Shown here: positions 1 through 7,476 of the stretch, piece after piece | Numbering within the stretch: the first letter of the stretch is position 1 | Layout of the letters: each line of letters begins with the position of its first letter | Source: a virus | Lineage: Duplodnaviria > Caudoviricetes | DNA: 28,159 nt | Virus record (IMG/VR): IMGVR_UViG_3300022719_000113 | Span: 1-28,159 of that record | Strand: one strand, 5' to 3' | The notes under the pieces: generated by a model | Database searches by the model: none | The model's input: the letters and a program-made list of their open reading frames with translations, nothing else | What the model was told of the DNA's origin: nothing | Program-made: the position numbers and the translations under genes

Positions 1-130
1 CCGCCCATTCCGCCCATTCCGCCCATTCCGCCCTGGCCGCCCATGCCGCCCTTGCCGCCCCTGCCGCCCCTGCCGCCCATTCCCCCCATGCCGCCCTTGC
101 CGCCGCCTCTGCCCTTGCCGCCTCTGCCTC
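1..130. repeat. Degenerate 9-bp tandem repeat (ccgcccatt x3, then ccgcccNNg-type variants)
   Basis: Directly visible; encodes the AEW/AAW/AAR repeats of the 1..601 ORF. Confidence 0.85.
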
Positions 131-601
131 GGTCAGCCACCGACCACTGGCGGTGGCGTCGCGGGCAATAGTCACCACCCTCCAACACTCCCCCCGCCAG
201 TCCTCGTCGCCCTCGCCCACGTATCTGAGGCAGCGATTCAATGTCCGGCTCGCGTGCAGGTATGGCACCTTCGCGCAGTCCGCTCCGCGCAGTGCGGCGT
301 CGCGCACGGCCCGGTGAGCGTCGATATGGAACTGTCCGCGTTTTTTGGCCGGCAGTGCCTCGTAGATGTCGTCGATCAGGCGGGCGAGCTCTGGCCCCAA
401 GCCGGTGATTTTCGCCCACCGCAAGTGCGGGGTTTTTTCAGTCCGCACGATGCAGCCGATGCAGCAGCCGACTTGCTCGTCTTCGTCCCAGTACAGTCCG
501 GCGGTAAGCCGATCTGCCTCCACGTGCCAGTGCACGTGGTCCATCAGATTGTCAAGGGTAACCGGGAAGTCCGGGCACGGGGGAATGGTCTGGTCAGTCA
601 T
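1..601 (-). CDS. Hypothetical phage protein with Ala/Trp/Arg low-complexity C-terminus (3'-truncated)
   Basis: Read manually; absent from the ORF track because it has no stop. MTDQTIPPCPDF...YWDEDEQVGCCIGC...AARAAWAARAEWAEWAEW runs off the edge. ATG at 601 (alternative 610) overlaps the end of the upstream gene. Confidence 0.7.
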   Translation of the reverse strand, partial: MTDQTIPPCPDFPVTLDNLMDHVHWHVEADRLTAGLYWDEDEQVGCCIGCIVRTEKTPHLRWAKITGLGPELARLIDDIYEALPAKKRGQFHIDAHRAVRDAALRGADCAKVPYLHASRTLNRCLRYVGEGDEDWRGECWRVVTIARDATASGRWLTEAEAARAEAAARAAWGEWAAGAAGAARAAWAARAEWAEWAEWA

Positions 602-842
602 CTTGGTCATCGGTCACCTGTTCTATAACGATGGCAGCCAGGGATTGTGCTACGGTGAGGGATTGCGAGTAACCCAGGGTGCGATCCTCGGGATATTCGC
701 TAGTGTACAGATCGTCGAGAATTCCGTCGCACTTTTGGACTATTGCTTTGTCCGTGATGCCAGCTTCAAGCAGCATTTCATCGAGGAATTCCCGGGCCTT
801 TTCCAGGACGATGGGGACATCGTCGCAACCACATCCATTCAT
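594..842 (-). CDS. Hypothetical acidic protein
   Basis: ATG at 842 overlaps the exonuclease stop (ATGA); fills the gap in a coupled operon. Confidence 0.65.
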   Translation of the reverse strand: MNGCGCDDVPIVLEKAREFLDEMLLEAGITDKAIVQKCDGILDDLYTSEYPEDRTLGYSQSLTVAQSLAAIVIEQVTDDQDD

Positions 843-1498
843 GACGGCCACCTGGGGTCGTCAGATTCGGTGAGGCCGAGACAGCGCCGCACACGCTCGA
901 CGAGCGCGTCGAGGTCCGCGACGAAGCTATCCAGTTGCTCCACCATATCGGAGATGTACTCGTCGTCGCGCAGAACGCGGCGAGTCCATATCAGGTCCCG
1001 GTTGCGGCTGTCGATCCACCCGACCACCAGGTCACACCATTTGCGGCCGGTGACGTACAGCTGGCCCTGGATCTGCGCCCGGTGCTCAGGTGGGTACCAA
1101 TCGGCGCTCTCGTCGCCCTTGCGTACCACGTCCACCAGCAGGTGCGGCGCCTTGCTCTTTACCTCCAGCAGGCCGTCGGCGCCCACCAAAGAATCGGGGG
1201 ACGCGCCGTAGCGCCCCAGCGTGACAAAGCCTGCGGGCGTTGGGTCCACGTTCTCGCGGAAGGCGTAACCGCGGCGGAGCTCGTCCTCCATGTCGTGCCC
1301 GCGCTGCATATGCGCGTTACTGTGTCCCTCGTGGTGGTCGCCGGTTATTCTCTCGCCGGCCAGGGTACGCATGTAGGTGGCGCGGGTAGCGCCCCTGCCC
1401 TTGGCCATGACTTTGGCAAACTCGCTGGCCGTGGGCCGACCGGTCCGCAGCGCGAGCCATTCCGGCGAATTCTGCTCGACGGCGTGGTATTCGGTCAT
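839..1498 (-). CDS. YqaJ / lambda-exonuclease family recombination exonuclease
   Basis: QNSPEWLALR..TAS, RGHDME, GASPD..LLEVK (PD-(D/E)xK) and QIQGQL..WCD motifs. Confidence 0.92.
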   Translation of the reverse strand: MTEYHAVEQNSPEWLALRTGRPTASEFAKVMAKGRGATRATYMRTLAGERITGDHHEGHSNAHMQRGHDMEDELRRGYAFRENVDPTPAGFVTLGRYGASPDSLVGADGLLEVKSKAPHLLVDVVRKGDESADWYPPEHRAQIQGQLYVTGRKWCDLVVGWIDSRNRDLIWTRRVLRDDEYISDMVEQLDSFVADLDALVERVRRCLGLTESDDPRWPS

Positions 1499-2256
1499 GT
1501 GCGTTTCGCCTTGGCCACCAGTCCCGCCAGCGCTTTGGCGTACTTGTTCCGCGGCAAATCGTCCAGCGTCTCGGTCTGGAGGTATTCCAGGAACTTGGGC
1601 ATGTCAAGCGACTCACCCAGGGCCTCAATGTGCTCATGCAGTGTGGCCAACTCCTCGGCGGTCAGCGGCTCGGTGCTGGCCGCGTTGCCGTCGTCGTCCT
1701 CCCCGGCTCCAGTGGAAAGATTGAGCGCCATGCAAATCAGGTATCTGCGTCCGTAGCTCAGGCCGGAGGCGGCAGCGTGGGTCTTTGTCATCACCGCGTT
1801 GCCCTTGGCTCCCTTCCCGTCTGCTGGCATATCCACCTCCGATCTCTCGACGTGGCCATCGCGGTGCATCAGCGCCATCGTTACCCGGATACACCCATCC
1901 ACGTCGCTCTTGCCTGTGCCGAAATGAGCGGCGAAACCCCACCGAGCCATGACCGGGCGCACCATCCGCAGGATCTGTTCGAGCGAGGCATAGTACGAGT
2001 CTGTGTGGCTGTTGTACTTGTCCTCCTGGATTTCCGGTATGTCGGCCTGGCACCGGAACAGGTCGGCGAAAAAAGCGTCGCGCGCGGCTTCCGCGTTCAC
2101 CCGGTCCCTGACGTCCAGCAGGGCCTGCAGCGCCTGGACGTTCGGCTCCTCCCGGTCTACCATCCTGGTGATCAGCTCCATCATCTGCTGGTTAGCGGAT
2201 GCGGGGACAATATCAGTCCCTTCGCCATCACTTGCCTTGCCCGGAGTTTTGCTCAT
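1495..2256 (-). CDS. erf: ERF family single-strand annealing protein
   Basis: YASLEQI..RPVMARWG and SGLSYGRRY..EDDDGN motifs; adjacent to the exonuclease. Start reassigned to MSKT at 2256. Confidence 0.9.
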   Translation of the reverse strand: MSKTPGKASDGEGTDIVPASANQQMMELITRMVDREEPNVQALQALLDVRDRVNAEAARDAFFADLFRCQADIPEIQEDKYNSHTDSYYASLEQILRMVRPVMARWGFAAHFGTGKSDVDGCIRVTMALMHRDGHVERSEVDMPADGKGAKGNAVMTKTHAAASGLSYGRRYLICMALNLSTGAGEDDDGNAASTEPLTAEELATLHEHIEALGESLDMPKFLEYLQTETLDDLPRNKYAKALAGLVAKAKRT

Positions 2257-2525
2257 GCCGCCCCCCTTATCGAAGGATGCCCGGCACAAGCCCACATCTT
2301 GATTGCACGCCGCAGGTCGTCGGTGTGCATTACGCGCGTGCTCCCGTCGACGACCGCCACCGTGTAGCCGAGAGAATGAGCACCTACCTCTTGACCGTGC
2401 CACGCCCTTGCTGCTCGTTGCAGCCAGCGGCATGCTCGCCATGCTGAGTGCACATCCGTGCAGTGGGCGGCTATCCGCTGTTGGATGCGGGATGCCGCCG
2501 GCAAAACGGCGTCGTGGTCGGTCAT
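2253..2525 (-). CDS. Hypothetical protein, first gene of the leftward operon
   Basis: GAGGA RBS upstream; its stop overlaps the ERF start. Confidence 0.6.
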   Translation of the reverse strand: MTDHDAVLPAASRIQQRIAAHCTDVHSAWRACRWLQRAARAWHGQEVGAHSLGYTVAVVDGSTRVMHTDDLRRAIKMWACAGHPSIRGAA

Positions 2526-2557
2526 GATGGTTGTTCCTCGTCGTTATCGCATGACTC

Positions 2558-2586
2558 ATGCTACCGTGCGGCACAACGTAACACAA
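2558..2586 (-). promoter_or_regulatory. Leftward sigma70-type promoter (pL-like)
   Basis: TTGTGT (2586-2581), 17 bp spacer, TAGCAT (2563-2558). Confidence 0.6.
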
Positions 2587-2598
2587 CCCCGGGTTGTG
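2582..2598. promoter_or_regulatory. 17-bp palindromic operator CACAACCC-C-GGGTTGTG
   Basis: Perfect 8-1-8 inverted repeat overlapping both -35 boxes. Confidence 0.7.
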
Positions 2599-2622
2599 CG
2601 AGGGTGTGCTTCCGGTTACACT
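2594..2622 (+). promoter_or_regulatory. Rightward sigma70-type promoter (pR-like), probably giving leaderless cro mRNA
   Basis: TTGTGC (2594-2599), 17 bp spacer, TACACT (2617-2622); ATG follows after 6 nt with no SD sequence. Confidence 0.65.
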
Positions 2623-2628
2623 CGCGGC

Positions 2629-2856
2629 ATGAACCACGTAAAACTGGCCTGTATCGCCGCCGGCGGCCAACGGCGGCTGGGAGCCGCGGTCGACGTGAGC
2701 CAACAGAGTGTGAGCAAGTGGGTCCAGAACCGAAGGGTTCCGGCGCACCATTGCCCGATGGTTGCGCTTCTGACCGGGATCCCTTGCCGGTTGCTTAATC
2801 CCGATGTGTTCGCCGACGATGCTGGCTGTCAGCAGGAGGCCCACAGTGACCACTGA
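2629..2856 (+). CDS. Cro/YdaS-like HTH transcriptional regulator
   Basis: AGGQRRLGAAVDVSQQSVSKW HTH, VPAHHC and LNPDVF, typical of the YdaS/Cro family. Confidence 0.88.
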   Translation: MNHVKLACIAAGGQRRLGAAVDVSQQSVSKWVQNRRVPAHHCPMVALLTGIPCRLLNPDVFADDAGCQQEAHSDH

Positions 2857-3163
2857 CGAGGGTACAGATATGGAGAGCCCGCGCCGTGCGACCCACCGCC
2901 CACCGGTAGCGCGAAAGACGGGCACGCCTAAGCCTGCAGAGCCAGGCACAGACAATGGCGGTGTCGCTGGACCCACCCCTGCTGGCTCTCCCCTCCCGGC
3001 AGGACCAGCGCACCGCCTCCATACCTACCGGGAGAATCCGCGCATCAACAACCGCTTGAGCTGGTGGTATGCCAACGGCGGGCAAGAAAAACACCAGCAG
3101 CAGGTCGACCGCGATCTGGCCGAGGGGCTGCCGGTAGACCGTGGATATTGTAGTGGCATTTGA
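2846..3163 (+). CDS. Hypothetical Pro-rich protein
   Basis: AGGAGG RBS then GTG at 2846; no recognisable family. Confidence 0.45.
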   Translation: MTTDEGTDMESPRRATHRPPVARKTGTPKPAEPGTDNGGVAGPTPAGSPLPAGPAHRLHTYRENPRINNRLSWWYANGGQEKHQQQVDRDLAEGLPVDRGYCSGI

Positions 3164-3170
3164 ACCGACA

Positions 3171-3434
3171 ATGGTCACAACCCACTGCGGGGATAACGCC
3201 GATGTTGACCGACCGGTGTGGTGCATAGACATGCTGCCCGATGATGGCGTGCCCGTCTACGATCCGTATATGGGCGCAGGCACGACGGGTGTCGCGTGCG
3301 TCATGCGGCACAGGCGGTTCGTCGGTGTCGAGCGAGACCCCCACTATCACGCTGTTGCGCAGCGACGTATCAGCGATGCGCGTCCGGACCTTCTGGGCGG
3401 CCCGGCGATCACGCAAGCAGACTTATCTCTCTGA
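3171..3434 (+). pseudogene. Internally deleted N4/N6 (beta-class) DNA methyltransferase
   Basis: The N-terminal THCGD motif is joined almost directly to the SAM-binding DPYMGAGTT..FVGVERD region; the catalytic DPPY motif and target-recognition domain are missing. Confidence 0.7.
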
Positions 3435-4201
3435 TGGCAACCTGGGCCACCGTCAAAAACTGGACGGACCACCAGCACTACAGGGACCGTACGCCGCCGT
3501 GGATCAAGCTCCACCGCGACCTGCTCGACGACCCGGACTATCACAGTCTGCCGGTTGCCAGCAGGGCGATCCTGCCCATGATCTGGCTGCTGGCGAGCGA
3601 AAATGAGGGTGGGCGCGTGCGCATTGATAGCGCCGCGCTAGCATGGCGCTTGCGCATCGCTAGCGATGAGGCGACGGAAGCCGTTAAGCCATTGATTGCG
3701 GCCGGGTTTCTGGAATGCGCTAGCGGCGTGCTAGCAGACTGCTTGCAGGATGCTAGACCAGAGAGAGAGGGAGAGAGAGAGACAGAGGCAGAGACAGAAG
3801 AGAAAGCGTCGCGCAAGCGCGCCGCCGCCCCGAAGAAAAAAAACGGCCCAGTACCCAGCGATCAAGACCTGACCACCGCCCACGACATGTGGGCTGACCT
3901 GCAAGCCAGGGCGCCAGCCCACAAGCCGCCCAATCTGGACAGCTGGGCCAACGTCATCCGCCTGATGCGAGAGCAGGACGGACGCACCCATGACCAGATC
4001 ATGGACCTGTGGATGTGGGCCGGCCAAGATGATTTCTGGTGCAGCAACATCCTGAGCGCGCGGAAGCTGCGGAAGCATTTCGATCGCCTGACCATGCAGC
4101 GGAGGAGAGCCAACAATGGCAAGCAACGACCGAACCGATACGCCGAGTCTGACAGGCGGACGACCGAATGGATCGAGCAGCAGAGACGCGATGGTCAATG
4201 A
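3434..4201 (+). CDS. Phage replication initiator (lambda O-like C-terminal domain)
   Basis: N-terminal WIKLHRDLLD wHTH-type region; C-terminal WANVIRLMREQDGRT..DDFWCSNILS..KLRK, as in lambda O. Confidence 0.85.
   Translation: MATWATVKNWTDHQHYRDRTPPWIKLHRDLLDDPDYHSLPVASRAILPMIWLLASENEGGRVRIDSAALAWRLRIASDEATEAVKPLIAAGFLECASGVLADCLQDARPEREGERETEAETEEKASRKRAAAPKKKNGPVPSDQDLTTAHDMWADLQARAPAHKPPNLDSWANVIRLMREQDGRTHDQIMDLWMWAGQDDFWCSNILSARKLRKHFDRLTMQRRRANNGKQRPNRYAESDRRTTEWIEQQRRDGQ
3626..3804. other. Putative replication origin: phased iterons plus purine-rich tract
   Basis: GCTAGC-like hexamers at 3626/3637/3648/3659 and 3719/3730/3741/3752, followed by an (AG)-rich run at 3760-3804, all inside the initiator gene. 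Confidence 0.65.
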
Positions 4202-4733
4202 GACCCACATCGGCAAGATGTTCGACGCGTTCCTGCGGATTTTTGGCGGCAAGTGGCTGCCGACCGCTGAGGACGAAAGGGCCAGGAGTACATGGTTGCG
4301 AGCGCTGGAGCTGAAGCGTCTGACGGTGGGCGAGCTTAATCGCGGGTTGGCTCGCTGTGTGGAGCGAGAATGGCCGCCGAGCATCGGGGAGTTCCTCGGT
4401 CTGTGTGGTCGCTCTGGCCCGCCAACCCAGCAGGCGGCGCTGGCCGAGGCGCAGCGCGCTCTGGGGAGGTTCCGCGCTCACGAGTGGTCGCATCCAGCGG
4501 TTGAGGCCGCGGCTCGTAGATTAGGCTCGTTTGACCTGAACCGGGCCATGTCGGACGTGCGCCGCGCATGGTCGTATGAGTACGAGATGGCGTGCCGGGC
4601 ATGGGAGTCAGGCACCCTGGAGATGGAGAGGCCGCAGGCACTGACCCACCAGGGGCCGACTACGGATCAGATCGTGGAGCGTAATTCGCGCCTGGCTGCG
4701 GAGCTGCGGATGATCAGGGAGGCTCAGGCATGA
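4191..4733 (+). CDS. Lambda P-like replication protein (helicase loader)
   Basis: WLRAL..RGLARC..WPPSIGEFLGLC and WSHPAV motifs; directly follows the O-like gene. Confidence 0.75.
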   Translation: MVNETHIGKMFDAFLRIFGGKWLPTAEDERARSTWLRALELKRLTVGELNRGLARCVEREWPPSIGEFLGLCGRSGPPTQQAALAEAQRALGRFRAHEWSHPAVEAAARRLGSFDLNRAMSDVRRAWSYEYEMACRAWESGTLEMERPQALTHQGPTTDQIVERNSRLAAELRMIREAQA

Positions 4734-5188
4734 GATCGAGCGTCATTCGCAACGCCGACCAGGCAAGACGATTCGGCGAATTCCTCGCCGCTCAGGCGGA
4801 AACGCGGGCGATTGCGGTCGAGTGGCGTCCGTACCAGAGACCCAAGACCATCAGCCAGAACGCTGGTTTTTGGTGGTTGTGCGAGCAGTGGGCAGCACAG
4901 GCCGCCGAAGCTGGGGCGCCTATACCGCGGGGGAAAGACGGCGTGCACGATCTCGTTCTGTCCGCCCGATATGGCGGTGATGTCCTCGTGTATCGTCTGA
5001 CACTGCCGGGGCTGCCGGTGCAGGAATTCCGCTGGCCAGAGCCGGTGCAGACGCTGACTCAACCGCGCAAGCTATCGCGGCCGGAGATGCGCGACCTGAT
5101 TGACTTCATGTACGCATCGGCTGCTGATGCGGACGTTTTCCTGCCGGAGCTAAAGAGCGAGTTGCGGCGCGCTATGGAGGGTGAGTGA
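4730..5188 (+). CDS. ninB: NinB family recombination protein
   Basis: KTISQNAGFW and KLSRPEMRDLIDFMYA motifs; nin-region position. Confidence 0.75.
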   Translation: MRSSVIRNADQARRFGEFLAAQAETRAIAVEWRPYQRPKTISQNAGFWWLCEQWAAQAAEAGAPIPRGKDGVHDLVLSARYGGDVLVYRLTLPGLPVQEFRWPEPVQTLTQPRKLSRPEMRDLIDFMYASAADADVFLPELKSELRRAMEGE

Positions 5189-5466
5189 CCGATCTACGCA
5201 AGGCCGCCAAAGGCCAGCCGTGCACGGTAAACCTGCCCGGCGTGTGCAACTACGACAGCAGCACCACGGTGCTGGCGCACGACCGCAAGGGCTGGCTGGG
5301 TATGGGATGCAAGCCCCCGGACGATCGGGGGGCGTTCTGCTGCTCTGTCTGCCACGATTACGTCGATGGTCGCCGCTCGCTGCCGCCCTGGCTTACAAGG
5401 GATGCCGTGCGCAGACAGTTCGAGGCCGGGATAAGGACAACGCGGGCCATGGTGGATGGCTGGTGA
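5185..5466 (+). CDS. DUF1364 / YbcO-like putative nuclease
   Basis: LRKAAKGQPCTVNLPGVCN..TTVLAH..GMGCKPPD..CSVCHDYVDGR. Confidence 0.88.
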   Translation: MTDLRKAAKGQPCTVNLPGVCNYDSSTTVLAHDRKGWLGMGCKPPDDRGAFCCSVCHDYVDGRRSLPPWLTRDAVRRQFEAGIRTTRAMVDGW

Positions 5467-5747
5467 GCCTGCCCAGGTACGCAGCCAGGCGCGACGACCA
5501 CGAGCCGCTGATTATCAAGGCGCTGGAGGATTGCGGTTGCAGTGTCGAAAAACTGAGCCAGAGGGGCGTGCCGGACCTGCTGGTAGGCGTGGCGACGCAG
5601 CACGGACGGCGAAACTTGCTGATCGAGATCAAGCGCCCACGGGGTCGGCTCACGGCAGACCAGGTGGAGTGGCGGGCGAGGTGGCGGGGACAGTACGTGG
5701 TAGTCCGTACGGTGGACGAGGCATTGCGGGCGGTCGGCGTCATATGA
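5463..5747 (+). CDS. VRR-NUC domain PD-(D/E)xK nuclease (resolvase-like)
   Basis: GVPDLLV..LIEIK..GRLTADQ motifs; GTG start overlaps the upstream stop. Confidence 0.85.
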   Translation: MSLPRYAARRDDHEPLIIKALEDCGCSVEKLSQRGVPDLLVGVATQHGRRNLLIEIKRPRGRLTADQVEWRARWRGQYVVVRTVDEALRAVGVI

Positions 5748-6166
5748 ACGCGGGGGAGGAGCTGGCCCATGTCGAGCTGGACAACTGGGGACGATGGGCG
5801 GCTCAGCGTCCGCCGGAGGTGCCGCACCCGCACGCCTACAGCGTCTCTCCGTCCTGTAGGCTCTACAGGCCGCGCCATGTGTCGGATAGTGCGACGAGCG
5901 GACCCCCGCCGATCAGGCCATCAGACGCCGAGGCGCTCGAGTTCTGCTTGTTGGCCATGGCAACCGATCCGCTGCGGACCTACCTGTACGAGGTAGCGCG
6001 CGTCCATTATGTCGATTGTCGCGGCTGGGACGTGGCGCGCCGGGCCGCCCGCCAGGCGCGTGAGATACGGAGGCAGACCGGCGCACACGTCGGTGGCAGC
6101 GAGCGGATGTACTACTACCGTCTGCGTGATCTGCGGACTGAGGTGGCACGGTGGTTCGGCTCTTGA
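5744..6166 (+). CDS. Antiterminator Q-like protein
   Basis: LDNWGRWA N-terminus, VARVHY and a C-terminal HTH-like SERMYYYRL; last gene of the nin region. Confidence 0.6.
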   Translation: MNAGEELAHVELDNWGRWAAQRPPEVPHPHAYSVSPSCRLYRPRHVSDSATSGPPPIRPSDAEALEFCLLAMATDPLRTYLYEVARVHYVDCRGWDVARRAARQAREIRRQTGAHVGGSERMYYYRLRDLRTEVARWFGS

Positions 6167-6175
6167 CGGCAGCTA

Positions 6176-6204
6176 TTGACATGGGCCGGCTAGTGTGGGA
6201 GAAT
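6176..6204 (+). promoter_or_regulatory. Strong sigma70-type promoter of the accessory operon
   Basis: TTGACA (6176-6181), 17 bp spacer, GAGAAT (6199-6204) with an extended TG; AGGAG RBS before 6255. Confidence 0.75.
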
Positions 6205-6254
6205 ATCCCTGTGGTCGCAATGAGCCACCCAACATCTAGGAGAGGAGACACACC

Positions 6255-6527
6255 ATGTTCCACGTAAGCAATTTCGGCAGCTTCGGCCACCACCTGCGCC
6301 GCTTCGCCGACCTCGAAGGATACGTCCCCGAGGATGGGGACGATCTGTCCATGTTCGACTTCCCTCGCGGCTGGTTCGATGCTGATTGGCTCCAGGCCGG
6401 CGGCGACGACCCGGACGGCGACGAAGCCGAGCTGCTCATCGACGAGGCCTGGCGGGAGCACGTTGCCGCCGCCGTCGAAGCCACGGCCGAGGCTGAACGC
6501 GCTCTGGCGAAGTGGCAGCGGTCATGA
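6255..6527 (+). CDS. Small highly acidic hypothetical protein
   Basis: Strong RBS; about 21 Asp/Glu versus 7 Lys/Arg in 90 aa. Confidence 0.8.
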   Translation: MFHVSNFGSFGHHLRRFADLEGYVPEDGDDLSMFDFPRGWFDADWLQAGGDDPDGDEAELLIDEAWREHVAAAVEATAEAERALAKWQRS

Positions 6528-6745
6528 CCCGCAAGGACAAGCTGCGCATTATCCTCTGGTACGCGATCGTCGGGGCCGGCAGCGGCCCCAAGCCGGCCCG
6601 GGGGCCACACCGGACCCTAGAGGATGCCCGGGAGGCGGTCGAGAGGTTCCGGGAGCGCCATGGCGCCGTAGCCGGCACCCACCTCGCGGCCGGCAGCGAT
6701 CAGCGTGCGCGGGTACCGTACTCGCGCCCAGGCCCGGGACGCTGA
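6524..6745 (+). CDS. Hypothetical protein
   Basis: ATGA overlap with the previous gene. Confidence 0.6.
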   Translation: MTRKDKLRIILWYAIVGAGSGPKPARGPHRTLEDAREAVERFRERHGAVAGTHLAAGSDQRARVPYSRPGPGR

Positions 6746-6799
6746 CGTATCCGACGCACCCGGCGACGAGTCGGGGTGTGAGTACGCGGAGGGCGTGCG

Positions 6800-7351
6800 A
6801 TGACAGACGAAGAAAGATTCGGCGACTGCCTCGACGCGTTATTTGACCTGCAGCAAAAGTGGGTCAGTGCGACGGCAAAAATCCCCTTCGCCGGTCCGCG
6901 CTACGGCGTGCACGCACGCCGGTTCCCGGGCGGCGGCATTGGCGTCACGATGGAGGCCCACCCGACGTATTGCGGCTACGGCCGCGAAATGTCCCCGAGC
7001 TGTGCTCGGGGACTGGGCAAGGCGCTGATCCGCGCCGCCGACGCGGCAGCGGAAGCGGGGGCGGCCAGGGACGCCGGCCCGACCCGTCCTGATGCCCTGC
7101 GCGCCATTCTTAGCGGCCACTACGGCATGGACGTTCCGGCCGCGGCCACATGGTACGACATGGTCATGCTGGCTCAAGATCACGGCCTCCGCGTCGAGAT
7201 CGATGCGGTCACCATGGCTGGGTGCGGCTTCGCCAGCGATGTGGTGGTCATGCGGTGGACCGTGCCCCGCGACGATCTCAAGCGCATCATCGGCCAGGGG
7301 GCTTCGTACACGTGGTTAGGCCCCGATGGCGAGTTTGTGACGTGGGGATGA
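6800..7351 (+). CDS. Hypothetical two-domain protein
   Basis: GGAGG RBS; an Ala-rich linker separates two halves. Confidence 0.7.
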   Translation: MTDEERFGDCLDALFDLQQKWVSATAKIPFAGPRYGVHARRFPGGGIGVTMEAHPTYCGYGREMSPSCARGLGKALIRAADAAAEAGAARDAGPTRPDALRAILSGHYGMDVPAAATWYDMVMLAQDHGLRVEIDAVTMAGCGFASDVVVMRWTVPRDDLKRIIGQGASYTWLGPDGEFVTWG

Positions 7352-7476
7352 TTCAGGCCCTGACCACAATCGCCACGCTCGTCGGCTGGCTGGTCGCAAT
7401 CGCGGCCGCCGCCGGCATCATCGAGACCATCACGCGCGCCGCCATGTGGCTGGCGCGCAGGAGAGAAACGGAATGA
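7348..7476 (+). CDS. 42-aa single-TM membrane peptide
   Basis: MIQALTTIATLVGWLVAIAAAAGII..RRRETE; ATGA-coupled at both ends. Confidence 0.65.
   Translation: MIQALTTIATLVGWLVAIAAAAGIIETITRAAMWLARRRETE

Noticed and set aside
331-440. Frameshifts at two T6 homopolymers in the 1..601 gene
   Set aside because: Codon-by-codon reading shows the frame stays open and continuous.
254-2367. Plus-strand ORFs over the left arm
   Set aside because: Antisense to the exonuclease, ERF and coupled genes; no recognisable protein features.
2257-2976. N-terminal extension of ERF in the 493-aa ORF call
   Set aside because: It overlaps cro, the promoters and the 2253..2525 gene; ERF-like sequence and a coupled ATG begin at 2256.
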